Source of the DNA: Azolla caroliniana
Taxonomy: Eukaryota > Plantae > Polypodiophyta
Reading direction: 5' to 3'
DNA: 64,000 nucleotides
Assembly (NCBI GenBank): GCA_043228905.1
Contig: JBHGNT010000012.1
Coordinates: 9,858,001-9,922,000, forward strand
This document shows positions 61,966 through 64,000 of this stretch, piece by piece; position 1 is the stretch's first letter, and each line of letters starts with the position of its first letter. A program made the position numbers and the translations under genes. The notes beneath the pieces were generated by a model. That model saw nothing but the letters and a program-made list of their open reading frames with translations, had not been told where the DNA came from and made no database searches.

Positions 61966-62940
61966 ACGTAAGATGGGACTCTAAATCCGACTCATTGTTG
62001 TTCATCCGGCAAAATCCGGATGGTCTGGTTTGCATCCTACTTTATGTTGATGATTTAGTCATCACCAAACCCGAACTCAATGAAATCGGTCGAGTAAAGT
62101 CCCAATTGGCGGACGCATTTGAAATGAAGGACCTGGGGGACCTTCATTATTTTCTTGGGATCGAGGTGATCCAAACCCCCCATGGCATATTGCTCTCACA
62201 ACGACACTATGTGTTGAATATGATGTACAAGTTCGGCATGACGGAATGCCGACCTGTCTCCACACCCTTGGACTGGAACCAGAAGCTCCGTCTCAACTCC
62301 GACAAATTTTCAGAAGCCTAATATACTTGATAATCACCCGACCCGATATCAGTTATCCGGTCGGTGTGATCAGCCATTTCATGCAAAAGCCAACCGTGGA
62401 GCACCTTCAGTGCGCGCATCGAATATTGTGGTATGTGAGCGGCACGAAGGACCGGGGACCATTATACCGGCATGGTATAACCGAAGAGCTAGTCTGATAT
62501 ATAGATTCTGAGTGGGCCGGTGATGCATCAGATTGCCGATCCACCTTCGGTTACATGTTTTCTCTAGGTAGCGCGGTTGTTGCATGGAGCAGCAAAAAGG
62601 AGCCAACAGTGGCACTGAGGCTGACTATCGGGGCACTACCAATGCCACCTGTGAAGCCATCTGGCTTCGGAGACTGCTCCGAGATCTCCGGATCGAGGTG
62701 CCGACCCCGATCTTAATCTACTACGACAACATGAGCAACATACAGCTTGCCAAGAACCCTGTGTCCATGCTCAGACGAAGCACATAGAAGTCCACTATCA
62801 GTTTCTGCATGAGCAGGTTTAGGTTTAGACAGATCGGCAAGTTGCTGATATCTTCACCAAACTGCTCGGATCGGACAAGTTGCAGCACTTCACCGAAATG
62901 CTTGGTGTTCAGCATCTCGACGTGCCGCAGTTGAGGGGGA
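61966..62940 (+). pseudogene. Copia B RT C-terminus and RNase H
   Basis: LLYVDDLVI, MKDLGDLHYFLG, TRPDISYPVG, ADIFTK. Confidence 0.88.
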
Positions 62941-63416
62941 GAAAAGGAAAGGGAATGGATGGCACCAGACAAGGAGCTGGAGAGGAAGAAAGAACCACCA
63001 AAGAGGTAGACAAGAGGAATAATGAAGGTGAGTCAACGAAGGAACTTGGCACATCCGAACAAGTCAGAACGAGCGGCAAGAAGGGCAGAGACGACTAGAA
63101 GCCGAAGGCTAAGACCCGGACATGGTCTGATATGGTAAAGGGCCTGAAACCGGAAAATGAGTTGGAGAACACCGACTCGGACAAGAGCCAGAACGAATCG
63201 GGAGCGACCGATAAAGACAAGAGCTAGAACGAATCAAAGGAAACTGATTCGGTTCAAGATTCGGAGAAGCCGGATGACTAAAGGCCAAGCGAACACGGAC
63301 GCAGCAGAAGTCGACGCTAACACGAAGGAACCGATGGGTCGACAAGCGCCGGAGTCACTGCAGCGAGGGAACTGAAATGGGCCGGTTGAGCAGTCAAGTT
63401 GACCGAGGCGGTCGAG

Positions 63417-64000
63417 GCACGCAGTACCTGACAGGTTGCGGGAAGATGAATCGGACCGGATGAGAAGCGCAAGCAAGGCGTGGCGACGCCAGAAGGAGTC
63501 AGGTGGAAGGACCTTCTGCCACGGACACTAACACCATGATCTGACCTCGAGTTGAGCTTGAGGGGGAGTGTTGAGCAAGCAAGCTCAACCGGATCCGGAT
63601 CGGCTAAAGAAGCCTGAGCCGGATTAGCATTCGAAAGGATAAGCCGGATCGGTATTCGGATGGTATCCAGACGAGAAGCGCGAGGAAGCCTTGACGAAGC
63701 CAGAAGGAGTTAGGTGGAAGGATCGGCTGCCACGGGCACGCAGTACCTGACAGGTCGCGGGAAGATGAACTGGACCGGATGAGAAGCGCGAGCAAGGCGT
63801 GACGACGCCAGAAGGAGTCAGGTGGAAGGATCGGCTGCCACGGACACTAACACCATGATCTAACCTCGAGTTGAGCTTGAGGGGGAGTGTTGAGCAAGCA
63901 AGCTCAACCGGATCCGGATCAGCTAAAGAAGCTTGAGCCGGATTAGCATTCGAAAGGATAAGCCGGATCGGTATTCGGATGGTATCCAGACGAGAAGCGC
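63417..64000 (+). repeat. ~319-bp tandem duplication spanning the 3' UTR, PPT and LTR start of copia B
   Basis: GAGGGGGAG|TGTTGAGCAAGCAAGCTCAACC at 63569 and 63888. Confidence 0.85.

Larger units (their letters stand above)
22919..64000 (+). mobile_element. Ty1/copia element B, outermost host of the nest (possibly chimeric)
   Basis: 5' LTR 22919-23383, PBS TGGTATCAGAGC 23384-23395. Gag-IN 23535-25430, RT pieces 30061-30605 and 61966-62940, PPT plus 3' LTR start at 63569 (again at 63888). Confidence 0.75.

Overview
Heterochromatin-like plant nuclear DNA, probably from a seed-free land plant (inferred from the plant-type tRNA-His, the TTTAGGG repeat and the retroelement mix). There is no host protein-coding gene. 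(1) 2107-22918 is a tandem array of ~727-728 bp units. Each unit carries one minus-strand tRNA-His(GUG) gene, nearly always with a genome-encoded 3' CCA, plus at least three decayed tRNA-His relics. I count 17 full-length copies (7 identical and intact), 1 split copy and 1 partial copy. (2) The rest is LTR retrotransposons nested five deep: copia B > gypsy X > copia D > gypsy Y > {gypsy Z, chromovirus W, gypsy V}. Copia C is inserted in B, copia A is inside a tRNA gene, and two 3' ends of the X/Y/Z gypsy family sit at the left edge. Highlights: a telomere-repeat patch at the copia A/tRNA junction; a tRNA-Trp-primed gypsy family with 4-bp CpG-centred target sites, a covarying pre-PPT hairpin and a Gag-PR/Pol -1 frameshift; antisense tRNA-like A/B-box modules in the LTRs of two different gypsy lineages; and a self-priming chromovirus. 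All coordinates and comparisons were read by eye; no searches were run.
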